The position numbers and the translations under genes are program-made. Positions 50,715 to 62,190 of a stretch of 64,000 nucleotides of DNA are shown piece by piece; the first letter of the stretch is position 1; each line of letters begins with the position of its first letter. The stretch is taken from assembly GCA_038087875.1 (NCBI GenBank), contig CM075990.1, forward strand, positions 7,876,001-7,940,000. Reading direction: 5' to 3'. The notes beneath the pieces were generated by a model. The model was given only the letters and a program-made list of their open reading frames with translations, did no database searches and was not told the DNA's origin. The stretch comes from Malacoraja senta (lineage: Eukaryota).

Positions 50715-52202
50715 GGGAAGTCAAACCAGCATAGGTTCACGAGATTGATCCCTGGGATGGCGGGACTGTCATATGAGGAAAGATTGAAAAGACTGGGCTT
50801 GTATTCACGGGAGTTTAGAAGGATGAGGGGGTTTCTTATAGAAACATATAAAATTATAAAAGGACTGGACAAGCTAGATGCAGGAAAAATGTTCCTGATG
50901 TTGGGTGAGTCCAGAACCAGGGGCCACAGTCTTAGAATAAAGACCGTTTAAGACTGAGGTGAGAAAAAACTTTTTCACCCAGTGTTGTGAATTTGTGGAA
51001 TTCCCTGCCACAGAGGGCAGTGGAGGCCAAGTCACTGGATGGATTTAAGAGAGAGTTAGATAGAGCTCTAGGGGCTAGTGGAATCAAGGGATATGAGGAG
51101 AAGGCAGGCACGGGTTATTGATTGGGGACGATCAGCCATAATAATAATAATAATAATAATAGATTTTATTTATATAGCGCTTTTCAGGACTCAAAGTCGC
51201 TTTACATTGAGAGTCAAGAATAAACAAAACAAAATAGAGCAGTAAGACAGAGATGCAAAGGGGAGGGTAACATGGGACTAAGGGTATGCAGAGGTGAAGA
51301 GATGGGTCTTGAGGCGGGACTGGAAGATGGTGAGGGACTCAGAATTTCGGACCAGTTGTGGGAGGGAATTTTGTAGGTGATCCGGTGGGAAATGGGAAGC
51401 CAGTGAAGTTCTTTGAGAACTGGGGTGATGTGGTGCCAGGATTTGGTGTGGGTAATGAGTCGAGCGGCTGCATTCTGGACCAGTTGGAGTCGGTTGATGC
51501 TGCTGGAATTGATTCCAAAGAGAAGAGAGTTACAGTAGTCCAGTCGGGAGGAGATGAAGGCATGGATGAGTCTTTCAGCAGCAGGGGGTGTGAGAGAGGA
51601 TCTGATTTTTGCAATGTTGTGGAGGTGAAAAAATGATGTTTTGACAACATGGCGGATGTGAGGCTCAAGGGAGAGGGTTGAGTCAAAGATCACGCCAAGG
51701 TTGCGTGCCTGAGGAGATGGGGAGACAGTGGTGCCGTCAATAGTGAGAGTGCGGTTGTTAATTTTAGTGAGTGTTGATTTGGAGCCAATGAAGAGAAATT
51801 CTGTTTTGCTACTGTTTAATTTAAGGAAGTTGAGTTGCATCCAAGATTTGATGGCTGATAAGCAGGAGTTGATATGGGAGAGAGGGGGGTGGTGGGGGGA
51901 CTTGGTGCTGAGATAGATCTGGGTGTCATCAGCATAGCAGTGGAAGTCCAGGTTGAAGTGACGGAGTATATGACCAAGGGGGAGGATGTAGATGATGAAG
52001 AGGAGGGGACCAAGAACGGAGCCTTGGGGAACGCCTTGAGTGACAGTGGCTGTGGCAGAGGTGTGGTTATGGGGAGAGATGAAGTGGGATCGGTTGGAAA
52101 GGTAGGAACGGAGCCAGCTGAGTGCAGATCACAATGAATGGCGGTGCTGGCTCGAAGGGCCGAATGGCCTCCTCCTGCACCTATTTTCTATGTTTCTATG
52201 TT
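50715..52202 (+). mobile_element. Young CR1-type LINE 3' part (50715-51139 and 52127-52202), split by an L2 insertion
   Basis: Encodes RFTRLIPGMAGLSYEERLKRLGLYS.EFRRMRG.LIETYKI; colinear with the uninterrupted copy at 53203-53840. Confidence 0.88.
51140..52126 (-). mobile_element. L2-type LINE 3' part (RT) with (ATT)n tail
   Basis: GVPQGSVLGPLLF, FHCYADDTQIY, LKLNSSKTEFL, ARNLGVIFDSTL and SRLDYCNSLL motifs; 3' end gcgctatataaataaaatct(att)n. Confidence 0.9.
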
Positions 52203-52257
52203 TGAATGTACCACAGGTAAATCTACTTACTGTCTTAATTTATTTTATTTTAATCAG

Positions 52258-52334
52258 GTCACTGTTCACAATCCAGAAAACCAAGGTTACCTTATAGCGT
52301 ACAAAGACTCTCAGCTCATCATGTCTTCTGCCAG
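52258..52334 (+). CDS. WAPL: WAPL coding exon, 77 nt ([25 protein letters not shown]); last WAPL exon found, next exon presumably beyond 64000
   Basis: Acceptor taatcAG|GTC and donor CAG|GTAGGT; phase 0 to 2. Confidence 0.95.
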
Positions 52335-53202
52335 GTAGGTGTGTGGTGGAAGAATCCCAGTGTGTTGGTGTGGGAAGTGAAGGTTACCTGGATGCTTTCA
52401 GTTTGTTGTTATGTGTGTTTGTGATTGACTGTGTGCCCTTTAAGGTGTGTGCAAGATATTGTCTGTACCTAGATCCAAGTATTTCCCCCGTTCACCGCAT
52501 AATTCATTAAAGTGTACTTAGTTTCAGTTTTCCGTCAGCACTGGAGATATAATTAACAATTATCAAAGGAGTTTGAATATCTTCTGACTGTTTCACCTGC
52601 AAAACTGGAGAAATGCCTCCCAAATATAAGATTTGATGTTTTTCGAATCTACTTCTGAGAGATCTGTGCAGCAAAGTTTTATGAGGAGAGGATGGGGAGA
52701 GTTTTACTTTTGATCTCTTAAACATTTACTACCCAGTTTTTATACAGTTAACAATAGTCAACAATAGACACCAACTTAGTTCATGTAAACCAAAGAGATC
52801 TGATGTTTGTTAACATGTGCCTTATCACCCGGTACTTCAGATGTCTGAATTACAATACTGTTTTTTAAAATAGATCTGTGTTTTTAACCTCTCCTGTGTT
52901 AATGACTTTTAAATATGAAACACATTCACAAACCTACAGTTGCCTGGATCTCTATGCTTTGATGGCCTGAGAGTCTGGGGTCAATGATTTGCCTGCTGTC
53001 AGTTGATTTCTGAATGCAGCAAACAGCCCGTGCTGAGACTGACCCCTTTGCTGCAGTCGGCCAAATCAAAGTGTTAAATTTCTCTCCATTTTGGGGGGAA
53101 ATAATGATTTATTTATTTTTCAAAATGGAGGGACTCTATGAAGCTTGTCAGACACAATTTGTATTAACAAATGGTGCTAATTTTCATTTGTTAGTCCTTA
53201 CT

Positions 53203-53840
53203 GCTAATGGGATGTTGGCCTTCATAACAAGAGGATTTCAGTATTGGAGTAAAGAGGTTCTTCTGCAGTTGTACAGGGCCCTGGTAAGACCACATCTGGA
53301 CTATTGTGTACAGTTTTGGTCTCCTAATTTGAGGAAGGACATCCTTGTGATTGAGGCAGTGCAGCGTAGGTTCACGAGATTGATCCCTGGGGTGGCAGGA
53401 CTGTAATATGAGGAAAGCTTGTATTCACTGGAGTTTATAAGGATGAGAGGGCATCTTATAGAAACATATAAAATTATAAAAGGACTGGACAGGCTAGATG
53501 CAGGAAAAATGTTCCCAATGTTGGGCAAGTCCAGAACCAGGGGCCATGGTCTTCGAATAAAGGGGAGGCCATTTAGGACTGAGGTGAGAACAAACTTTTT
53601 CACCCAGAGAGTTGTGAATTTGTGGAATTCCGTGCCACAGAGGGCAGTGGAGGCCAAATCACTGGATGGATTTAAGAGAGAGTTAGATAGAGTTCTAGGG
53701 GCTGGTTGAATCAAGGGATATGGGAAGAAGGCAGGCACGGGTTATTGATTGGGGACGATCAGCCATGATCACAATGAATGGCAGTGCTGGCTCGAAGGGC
53801 CGAATGGCCTCCTCCTGCACCTATTTTCTATGTTTCTATA
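53203..53840 (+). mobile_element. Young CR1-type LINE 3' part
   Basis: Encodes LYRALVRPHLDYCVQFWSP...FFTQRVVNLWNS; (TTTCTATG)n tail. Confidence 0.9.
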
Positions 53841-54514
53841 TTTTCACAATTGCCAAATAATTTTGTCTCAGATTTAGATTTTGCCCTATCATAGAACAGT
53901 ACAGCACAAGAACAGGCCCTTCGACCCCGCAATGTGCAAGCATTATGCCAAGGCAACTCTTATCTACCTGCACATAATCCACTGCATATCCATATTTCTA
54001 TCAAAGTCTCAGCACATGCCCCTCTCTAGTCTGTCTCTAAGCACACACCCTTCCCTTGTCCCATTCCTTAGCACATACCTCTAGTCCTTTTTCTGGAGCC
54101 AGACCCGTGTTATTGTCAACACCATAGTTCCGTAGGAGGCACAAGTTACTGCATCCTATTTGACATGTTCCTTGCATTTATGCACATGCAGTCTACTGTC
54201 ATGTTTGATCCATTTTTATTCTTGGATTTCCTTACGCTGGAGTATTTTTCCTCAAACATCCCATTTCTATTTAATTGCGGTATCCATTGTCACCACCAAA
54301 TTACATCTGTTCCTGAAGCACTGTTTAATCCCTCCGTGAGAACGATCCCATCCAAGTATGTTGTGGTGCATGTCATCCATCTCCCTTTTGTCTAACATGC
54401 TAGTTTTATTCCTCTCTATCCGTACTCACTATTCATCTGTTTGATAGTTTAGTTTGGTTTCCATGTTTTTTTGTGGTCAGGATTGTAGAGGTCGCAATAT
54501 TGCATCCTCTTATA

Positions 54515-54792
54515 GTTTAGTTATTTTAGAGATACGGCGTGGAAACAGGCCCTTCGGCCCACCAAATCCACACTGACCAATGATCACCCAGACTCTAGTT
54601 GTATCCTGCACACTAGGGACAATTTACAGAAGCCCATGAATCCACAGACCTGTACGTCTTGTGGAGTGTGGGAGGAAACTGAAACACCTGGGGAAAACCC
54701 ACGCGGTAGCAAGGGTAGAACGTACAAATTCTGAACAGACAACACTTGTAGTCAAGATCAAACCTGGGTCTCTGGTGCTGTGCTACTGTGCA
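54515..54792 (-). mobile_element. V-SINE/HE1-like SINE
   Basis: Reverse-complement match to the copy at 42229. Confidence 0.78.
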
Positions 54793-56852
54793 GCCTTTAG
54801 CGTAGCCTTTAATTTATTTCTGTCAAAAAGCAGGATGTGATCATCGTCACACACGGATCCATGACCTGCAGTAGTGAGATAACCCCACTGTATATCACCA
54901 GTGCTGTAATAATTCGATATAGTACAGGAGGGAGTTGAAACCAATTCTGGTGCTGACGATTAAATTGATTCTGCCTTTCTCTCACTGTATTCTAGCCATG
55001 CTCCAGAGTGCGAGTTTGGTAACTAATCACAAAGTTAAGTCTAGGGCCACATACTGTGTACTATGCTGGCTGTACCTGCATTAGTTAAAAATATTATCCG
55101 ATGAGATTGAAGCTGAGAAAGCAGGCGTTCAACACTACCGCAGTGCAGGTATCACAAATCAGAGGGCGTCATCACCCTGTCTGCCCACCCCTCCCCCGGT
55201 TAAAGTTGTAGTCCCAGTCCAGTGAGTTTGCTCCATCCCTTTATCCAACTGGCTTCATAGTTGAGTAAAAAGCTCAAATCCCATTTGAGGAAAGGAAACA
55301 TAATATTTTCCTCTGCTGTTCACTACTGATGAGCCGGACAAATTATTTTAAATCTTCAGCCTGGTCTTCTGCCAAAGGCAGTTATTCGGCAAGCTGTTTT
55401 GCTGAGCAACTTTTACACTGCCTTCCTGCTCTGATCAGTCATGTTCACATTTCCCCTTTTGAAACTGCTACTGTGTACAGCTGTGCGTTTTAAATATTTT
55501 TTTTAAAAGTCTGTTTGTGTTGCCAGCAAGTTCTTGGTTGACCCAGAGAGTGGGCTGAATCTGGTAGTTGTCAGCAGCTTTGAGCGGCCTTTGCTCGGTG
55601 AAGCATTGTTGTACATCATTGTTCTCCGCTACCTGACCCGAGTCGGCATGGAGAATGCAGCTTGCAGAAGATAATTATTTTCCATTTGCCTTGTGTTGCT
55701 TATCGTTAGCTGCCTCTGACAGATGTGAAAACATGCTTCTGCTAATCGGCAGTGTGTTGTTTTCAATTTGGTGGCCTCTGCCTGCCCTTGCTTCCCTTCC
55801 CTGACACTCAAAAGGAAATATTTATCCGTCCCAATTGCCTGCCTTTGACCAAGAGGTGGTGCAGTTGGATCCGGTGGGCTGTGTTTTCACTACCAGTTAT
55901 GTCAGGTTTCTAGCTATAACCACTGAGTGGCACTCCATCCAGTTGCAGAAAAAAGCCACTACACAGGCATGCGCTCTGAATTTCTTGGGAAAGTAATTGT
56001 CTGGTAAACTCATGTATTATACAGGCAAACGTTAAATCCTTGCATCACATATGCATCGAGAAAATTCATGATTTTTGTCCAATTTACCATGTTGAATTGC
56101 ACTGTTGTTTGCTGTAATCTGTGAGATCCTCTATTTACAATTTAATTTAATAACTCCAAAATTATACTGCAATCAAATGCTGCCCGGTGGATCTTCAGAG
56201 GACATTTAAATTAAAAGAAATATAAAGGACTTGTGATAATGAAAGGATTCGGTCTTGGGATGACCCAGAGCACTTTATGGTCAGTCAAATAGTTTTAAAT
56301 ATATTTAATCTATAATATGGGAAACATGGCAGTCAGTTTGCACACATCAAACCTCCACAAATAGCAATGTAATATTTCCTCCCTGATCTGTGTTTCTGCC
56401 CAGCCCAAGGACGAGCTAATGGGCCATTCGTTGGAAAGTGAACCAAAATGTCACACACGTGACCAGGTGGCATCACATAAAGTAATGCATTCAAAAATTC
56501 TTGTTAAGGGTGAATCTTATTGCTATTTTCCTACTATAATGCATCTGCTAAAGATATGAACATTCTAGTGCTTTAAAATTCAGAGTTTGTAAGATAAAAC
56601 TGAGATGAAAAAAATGCTTCCGTGTGCGGTCACACACGTGACCAGTCGTATTTGACGTCTGACCCTAAACATTATCAGCATAACATTAAAATTTCACTTG
56701 ATAAACCGAAAGAAATGTGAATCATATATACAGTACAAAAACAATACACCTCTAATGCTTTCAGAATTAGAAGAGATGTATTCCACAATTTTTCATAGTT
56801 TTGGTCACACATGTGACCAAGAATGGGCCTGATGGTTAACTGGGTTCCGTAA

Positions 56853-57238
56853 AGCCCCTGTCCCACTTAGGAGACCTAAATAGCAATCCATGGTGACCTT
56901 GCCCGCCACCCAAAAAAAAATCAAGGTCGAGGTGACCTGCAACTTCCTACCACCTCCCACGCATATGTTGAAAACCTTCCTCGACAACGAAGAAACCCGG
57001 CTTCGACTAGACCTGCGACTAAAAAATATCGATTTTTAAAACGGCAACCTATTTTTAGTCGAGGCCGGTTTTAATCATGAAAAAATAACAGCAACCTAGA
57101 TGAAGCCTCGACCACGTGGAAACCACTTTCGACCATTAGGGAGAGTGACCAAAACCTCCGGTGACCTCGTGGAAACCTTGGGTGACGGGCAAGGTCACCA
57201 GAGGTTGCTGTTTAGGTCTCCTAAGTGGGACAGGGGCT
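56853..57238. mobile_element. PIF/Harbinger-type MITE, 386 bp, with TIRs of about 60 bp
   Basis: TIR AGCCCCTGTCCCACTTAGGAGACCTAAA..AGCAA...TGGTGACCTTGCCCG.CACCCAA on both ends; TSD TAA at 56850-56852 and 57239-57241. Confidence 0.88.
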
Positions 57239-57466
57239 TAAGTTGCCCCCTGGTGCATTAGGAGGACTGGGTGTGCAGGAGGTGATAGGTTTGTGAAAGA
57301 AGGAATGGTTCCATGGAGAATAAATAGGGGAGTGGAATTCATGGAAATGTCCTGAGTGCCAGTATAAGTTTTTGGGCTGAATGCCTCCTATGTTGAGAAA
57401 TATGGGCCAGACATTCTGTTTAATAATTGAAGGATAAATAATTAGTCATGGAACAATCCAATAACT

Positions 57467-57824
57467 GGCTGGCAGTATCATCAAAGACCCACACCATCCT
57501 GGCCACACACTCATCTCCCTGCTACCTTCAGGTAGAAGGTACAGGAGCCTGAAGACTGCAACAACCAGGTTCAGGAATAGCTACTTCCCCTCAGCCATCA
57601 GGCTATTAAACCTGGCTCGGACAAAACTCTGATTATTAATAACCCATTATCTGTTATCTGCACTTTATCAGTTTATTTATTCATGTGTGTATATATTTAT
57701 ATTATTGTATATGGACACACTGATCTGTTTTGTAGTAAATGCCTACTATGTTCTGTGTGCTGAAGCAAAGCAAGAATTCCATTGTCCTATCAGGGACACA
57801 TGACAATAAACTCACTTGACTTGA
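57467..57824 (+). mobile_element. Rex1-type LINE 3' fragment
   Basis: IIKDPHHPGH.LISLLPSGRRYRSLKT.TTRFRNSYFP motif; AATAAA followed by an (ACTTG)n tail. Confidence 0.82.
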
Positions 57825-58969
57825 CTAACTCTACGACTTAAAAGTGATGTCATGGGAGCCTTTACTCTCACCTGGGGAGAACAGGTAGAATTTGGTTCAG
57901 CATCTTATCTTAAAGACAGCTCCCTGACGATGTGTTCATCCCTCAGTACCACAACAGGGCATCAACCAAGATTTTTGTGCTCAAATCTGAATACAACTTG
58001 AATTCACAATCTTGTGACTCAGGCAAGAGTACTACCCACTTAGCCATGGCTAACAAATTGGAAATTACCAGTGAAGGCATAGTATTAAAAAAATTTGAAA
58101 GCATTTCTATTGAATCCTGGTGAGACCAAGCAATTGCACACAGATTTAGTTTCAGTCATACAAAGAATCACTGGAGAAAGTATAAAAAAAGGACATGAAA
58201 CAGAACTGGGAAATTATTACTTGAGGAAAGTGAACAGGTTGGAGCTCTTGTCTAGAAACTATGAATAGTATTACCTAGTCGAGGTCTTTATCTACCTAAT
58301 CAAGCCTCTAATTTTGCTATCAGTTTTGAGGAGTCTGGAGATGAAGGACCTAAGCAAAGATAGTCATTAATAGATCTAGTGGAGAATTCGGAATAAACAA
58401 TATTTTTAGTTGCTGGTTCGATGTGGCACCAAGTGTAGTTGAGACAAATTAGTGCAGTTATGGGAAGGCTTGATAAACACGGGTGGTGAAAATGGAATTT
58501 ACTGGTGAAATAGAAGAGAAAGTAGTTGTGTAGAGCATGTTTATAGGCATGAGATTAAACAATATGGCACCTTTCTCAGCTGTGAAATGTTTGAATAATT
58601 AATATACTTAAAGAATTAGCTCCTTTACGACAATGGCACAGGTGCCAGCAATTTGTTGCATCTTCCTTTTGTCAGCAATTTTTAAGAGCTATATAATTAG
58701 TCGTTTTCCTTTTCTGATCAACACTGTAAAAGTTTCTCCTTTGACTATTTATCCAGTGCCATCTTGAAGCTGTTATTGAATCTACCACCTGCCCCCCTTT
58801 CAGGCTCTGCTCTTGTTGCATGAGTCATTTCACTTTCAGTCTACATGTCCTGACACAGCACAGATCTGCATCTTAACGTGATGCATATCAACATTAATAC
58901 TTCATTGAGTTACCTTTGCGGATACTTAGAAGTGTCAGTTCATGGAAACGGGTATTTATTACTTATGTA

Positions 58970-59092
58970 AGAAGGAACTGCAGATGCTGTTTTAAACCGA
59001 AGATAGACACAAAAAGCTGGAGTAACTCAGCGGGACAGGCAGCATCTCTGGAGAGAAGGAATTTGGTCTCGACGTTTCAGGTCGAGACCCAT
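58970..59092 (-). mobile_element. Penelope terminal-repeat fragment
   Basis: aagaaggaactgcagatgctg...gacgtttcaggtcgagaccc. Confidence 0.78.
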
Positions 59093-59947
59093 CTTTATTA
59101 ATTTGTTTTTCTTTATTATTACATTGAAAATGCCTCATATAGACCCACAAATGAATGCATTCAAGGGTATGTTATCTCAAGGAATCAGGCCAAACACTTG
59201 CTAGGAAACCTGATTACTACCACTGGCTCCCTTCATCTGTTGAATTAATACTGTTCCACATATTAAACATCACTTGAAAGAAGCATTGAGAATAGGAGTG
59301 ACACAGTGTGCTTTGGCCAAGGTGTTCATTGCCCATCAATTACTAAGGCCAAATACTTCAAGGGAAGTTGCAAACAGTAAATATTCTCCAAAACTAACAG
59401 TACAGTGGCATGATCAACCAATGTGAAAATCGCCCTGCTCATTTCTGTTTGCAGCTGGACAACAAATTGAATTGTTGCACTGCTTATCTAATCTTAGTTG
59501 CAAGTAAAGTGATACAAGGTGTACCACATGTTTTATCTACACTCAGCAAAGACCTCCCTTGCCAGATGTAGGGGGGTGGGGGAACCAAATTCTCGAGGTG
59601 AAGTGCGTCTGATATCGCGACTGCATTTGACTGTTGATGTTCAAGTAATCCTGGCCAAAATTGAAGTCGGGAGCCACAAAGGGAGTTTGATTGTTATTGA
59701 CCAATAAGTCCAGCCCCAGATCATTGCCATACGATTTCATCATGGTATTATCCTTGGCCAGCCACATTCAACTACTTCAATATCCTTCTGCCTCTCAAAA
59801 ATGGGGATGATAAGTAGCAAACAATGTGTTGACTATTTACTCTCCACTGCTATTGCACCATGCTAAATCTGTATACCGTCAACCAGATGCTCCACAAGAT
59901 CTTGTTAAAGCTTTGAAAATGTCACCTTATAAACCTGTGATTTGTAC

Positions 59948-61108
59948 TGTAGAAGCATGTGCCTGCAACCGCACAAATTCTCAGATTTCTCTCTGGTTTT
60001 TGCACGCTATCTTGGCTTGGAAAAAAATCCATTGATTTGTTAATAATTCTAGGTCTTAGAGCTACTGTCCAATAGTACTAAATGTGCAATCACTATACAG
60101 ATTTTGATAGCTCAACATGATGGTCCACCACCAGATTCTCAAGCATATAGGATATAAAATTCTTTAAATGGGCATCTATAATACCGGTGCCCAAGAAGAG
60201 TAAGGTGACGTGCCTCAATGATTACTGACTGGTGGCACTAACATCCATGGTGATAAAGTAATTTGAGGAGTTGGTTATGGCACATATCAACTCCTTCCAA
60301 AACAAGAACCTGCGCCCTACAATTTGCCTATCACCACAACAGATCAACAGAGGATGCAATCTCATTGGTTCTCTACTCTGCACTGGACCACTTGAACAAT
60401 AAAACACATACATCAGCCAGGTGTTCATTGACTACAGCTCGGTGTTTGCCACCATCGCTTTTCGCACCTTACCCTTCCATGTCTCTCGTCTCCCTCTCCC
60501 CTGACACTCAGTCTGAGGAAGGGTCTCGACCTGAAATGTCATCCATTCCTTCCATCCAGAGATGCTGCCTGTCTCACTGCGTTACTCCAGCTATTTGTAT
60601 CTATCTGCTTTGTAGCTGATGCTTGGCAGCCGCACCAATTCTAAGATTGCCCTCTGGTTTTGCACACTCTCTTGGCTTGGAAAAAAATCAATTTATTAAT
60701 TGTTAATAATTCTAGGTCTTGGAACTACTATCCAATAGTGCTAAATAGGCAATCACCACACAGATTTCGATGGCTCAAGTTGATAGGGCACGATCACTTT
60801 CTCAAGCTTCTAGGTATAAAATCCTTTAAAAGGGCATCAGTAATAATGCTGCCCAAGGTGACGTGCTTCAATGACTGCCGACCAGTGGCACTAATGTCTG
60901 TGGTGATGTAGTGCTTTGAGGTATTGGTTATGGCGCATATATACTCCTTCCTGAACAAGAACCTGGGCCCACTACAATGTGTTACATGTTACCACCACAG
61001 CTGATCGACAAAGGAAGCGATCTCACAGGCTCTCGACTCTGCACTCGACCACTTGGACAATACAAAACATACATCAGGCCGTTCTTCATTGACTACAGCT
61101 CGGCATTT
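59948..61108 (+). repeat. Old direct duplication of about 500 bp (59948-60447 vs 60611-61108)
   Basis: Colinear copies, e.g. tcttggcttggaaaaaaatc, tgttaataattctaggtctt, aaggtgacgtgc and ttcattgactacagctcgg each occur twice. Confidence 0.85.
60448..60605 (+). mobile_element. Penelope terminal-repeat fragment between the duplicated units
   Basis: cagtctgaggaagggtctcgacctgaaatgtc...gagatgctgcctgtc. Confidence 0.78.
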
Positions 61109-62190
61109 AACACCATCATCCCCTCCAAGCAAGTTACCAAGTTCATGGAACTGGGTCTCTGTGCATCCCTTTGCAACTGGATCTTGACTTCCTCATCAAC
61201 AGACCATAACCTGTAAGAATTAGCAGCAACACTTCCTCCTCGATAACCATCAGCATAGGAGCACCTTAAGGCTGGGTGCTCAGCCCCCTGCTCTGCACAC
61301 CCAATGCTCGCGACTGTAGCCGAACCCCGTTGGAACTCGATCTCCAAGTTTGCTCATGACACCACCATTGATGGACGAATTATAGATGACAATGAGTCGG
61401 AGTGCAGGAGGGAGATCGAATGACTGACCAAATGGTGCCAGCAAAACAATCTTGCTCTTAATGTCAGTAAGACCAAGGAACTGATTGTGGACTTTGGAAG
61501 AGGAAGGACCTGTCTTTCGATAGAACGGTGGTAGAGAGAGTCAAAAGCTTCAAATTCCTGGCCGTGCACATCTCTGAAGATATATACTGGACATAACACA
61601 TTGATGCAATCATAAGGAAAGCCTATCCTGCTTCCTTAGAAGATTGAAGAGATTTGGTATGTCAACGAATACTCTCCAACTTTTGCAGGTGTACAGTAGA
61701 GAACATGTTGGCTGGTTGCATCACAGCCTGGTTCAGCAAGTCGAATGCCCAGGAATGAAGAAGATTGCAAAAATGGTGAACACTGCCCGGTCCATCACGA
61801 GTACTGACTTCCCAACCATCGAACGGATCTTAAAACGGCAGCCAGCATCCTCAGAGACCCACACCACCCTGGCCACGCTCTCATTTCACTCCCCCATCGA
61901 AAAGGTGTAGGCACCTGAAAACTAACATCCAGGTTCAGGAGCAGCTTTTTCCCTACAACCATCAGGCTATTAAACACGATGATCTCCAAATAGACTCTAC
62001 ACTATATAGACTTGGTGATATTATGTTTACACTATTATTGTCAATTTGTCTTTATTTATTTATTTGCTGAACTTTTGTCATTTATTACGGGTTTTACAGG
62101 GTACTGTGTTTACATATCTGTTGTGCTGCTGCCAGACAGAATTTCATTGTTCCATTTCTGGGCATATGACAATAAAACATTCCTGACTAA
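60825..62190 (+). mobile_element. Rex1/Babar-type LINE, RT through 3' end (decayed)
   Basis: NDCRPVAL, FIDYSSAFNTIIPSK, LCNWIL, GAP.G.VLSP and NLALNVSKTKELIVDF motifs; gacaataaa tail. Confidence 0.85.

Larger units (their letters stand above)
56265..58053 (-). mobile_element. Deu-domain-like (SacSINE1/AmnSINE-like) SINE in three pieces: about 56265-56397, 57410-57466 and 57825-58053
   Basis: Minus-strand head gttagccatggctaagtgggtagtactcttgcctgagtcacaagattgtgaattcaag with A/B-box-like motifs. The body segments are colinear with my recollection of the Deu-SINE consensus. Confidence 0.6.

Noticed and set aside
51214..51840. 208-aa ORF as a host gene or functional reverse transcriptase
   Set aside because: It is a 5'-truncated L2 RT fragment with an internal deletion, so it cannot be autonomous.
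55320..55370. CTGATGAG as an independent hammerhead core
   Set aside because: No stem II followed by GAAA downstream.
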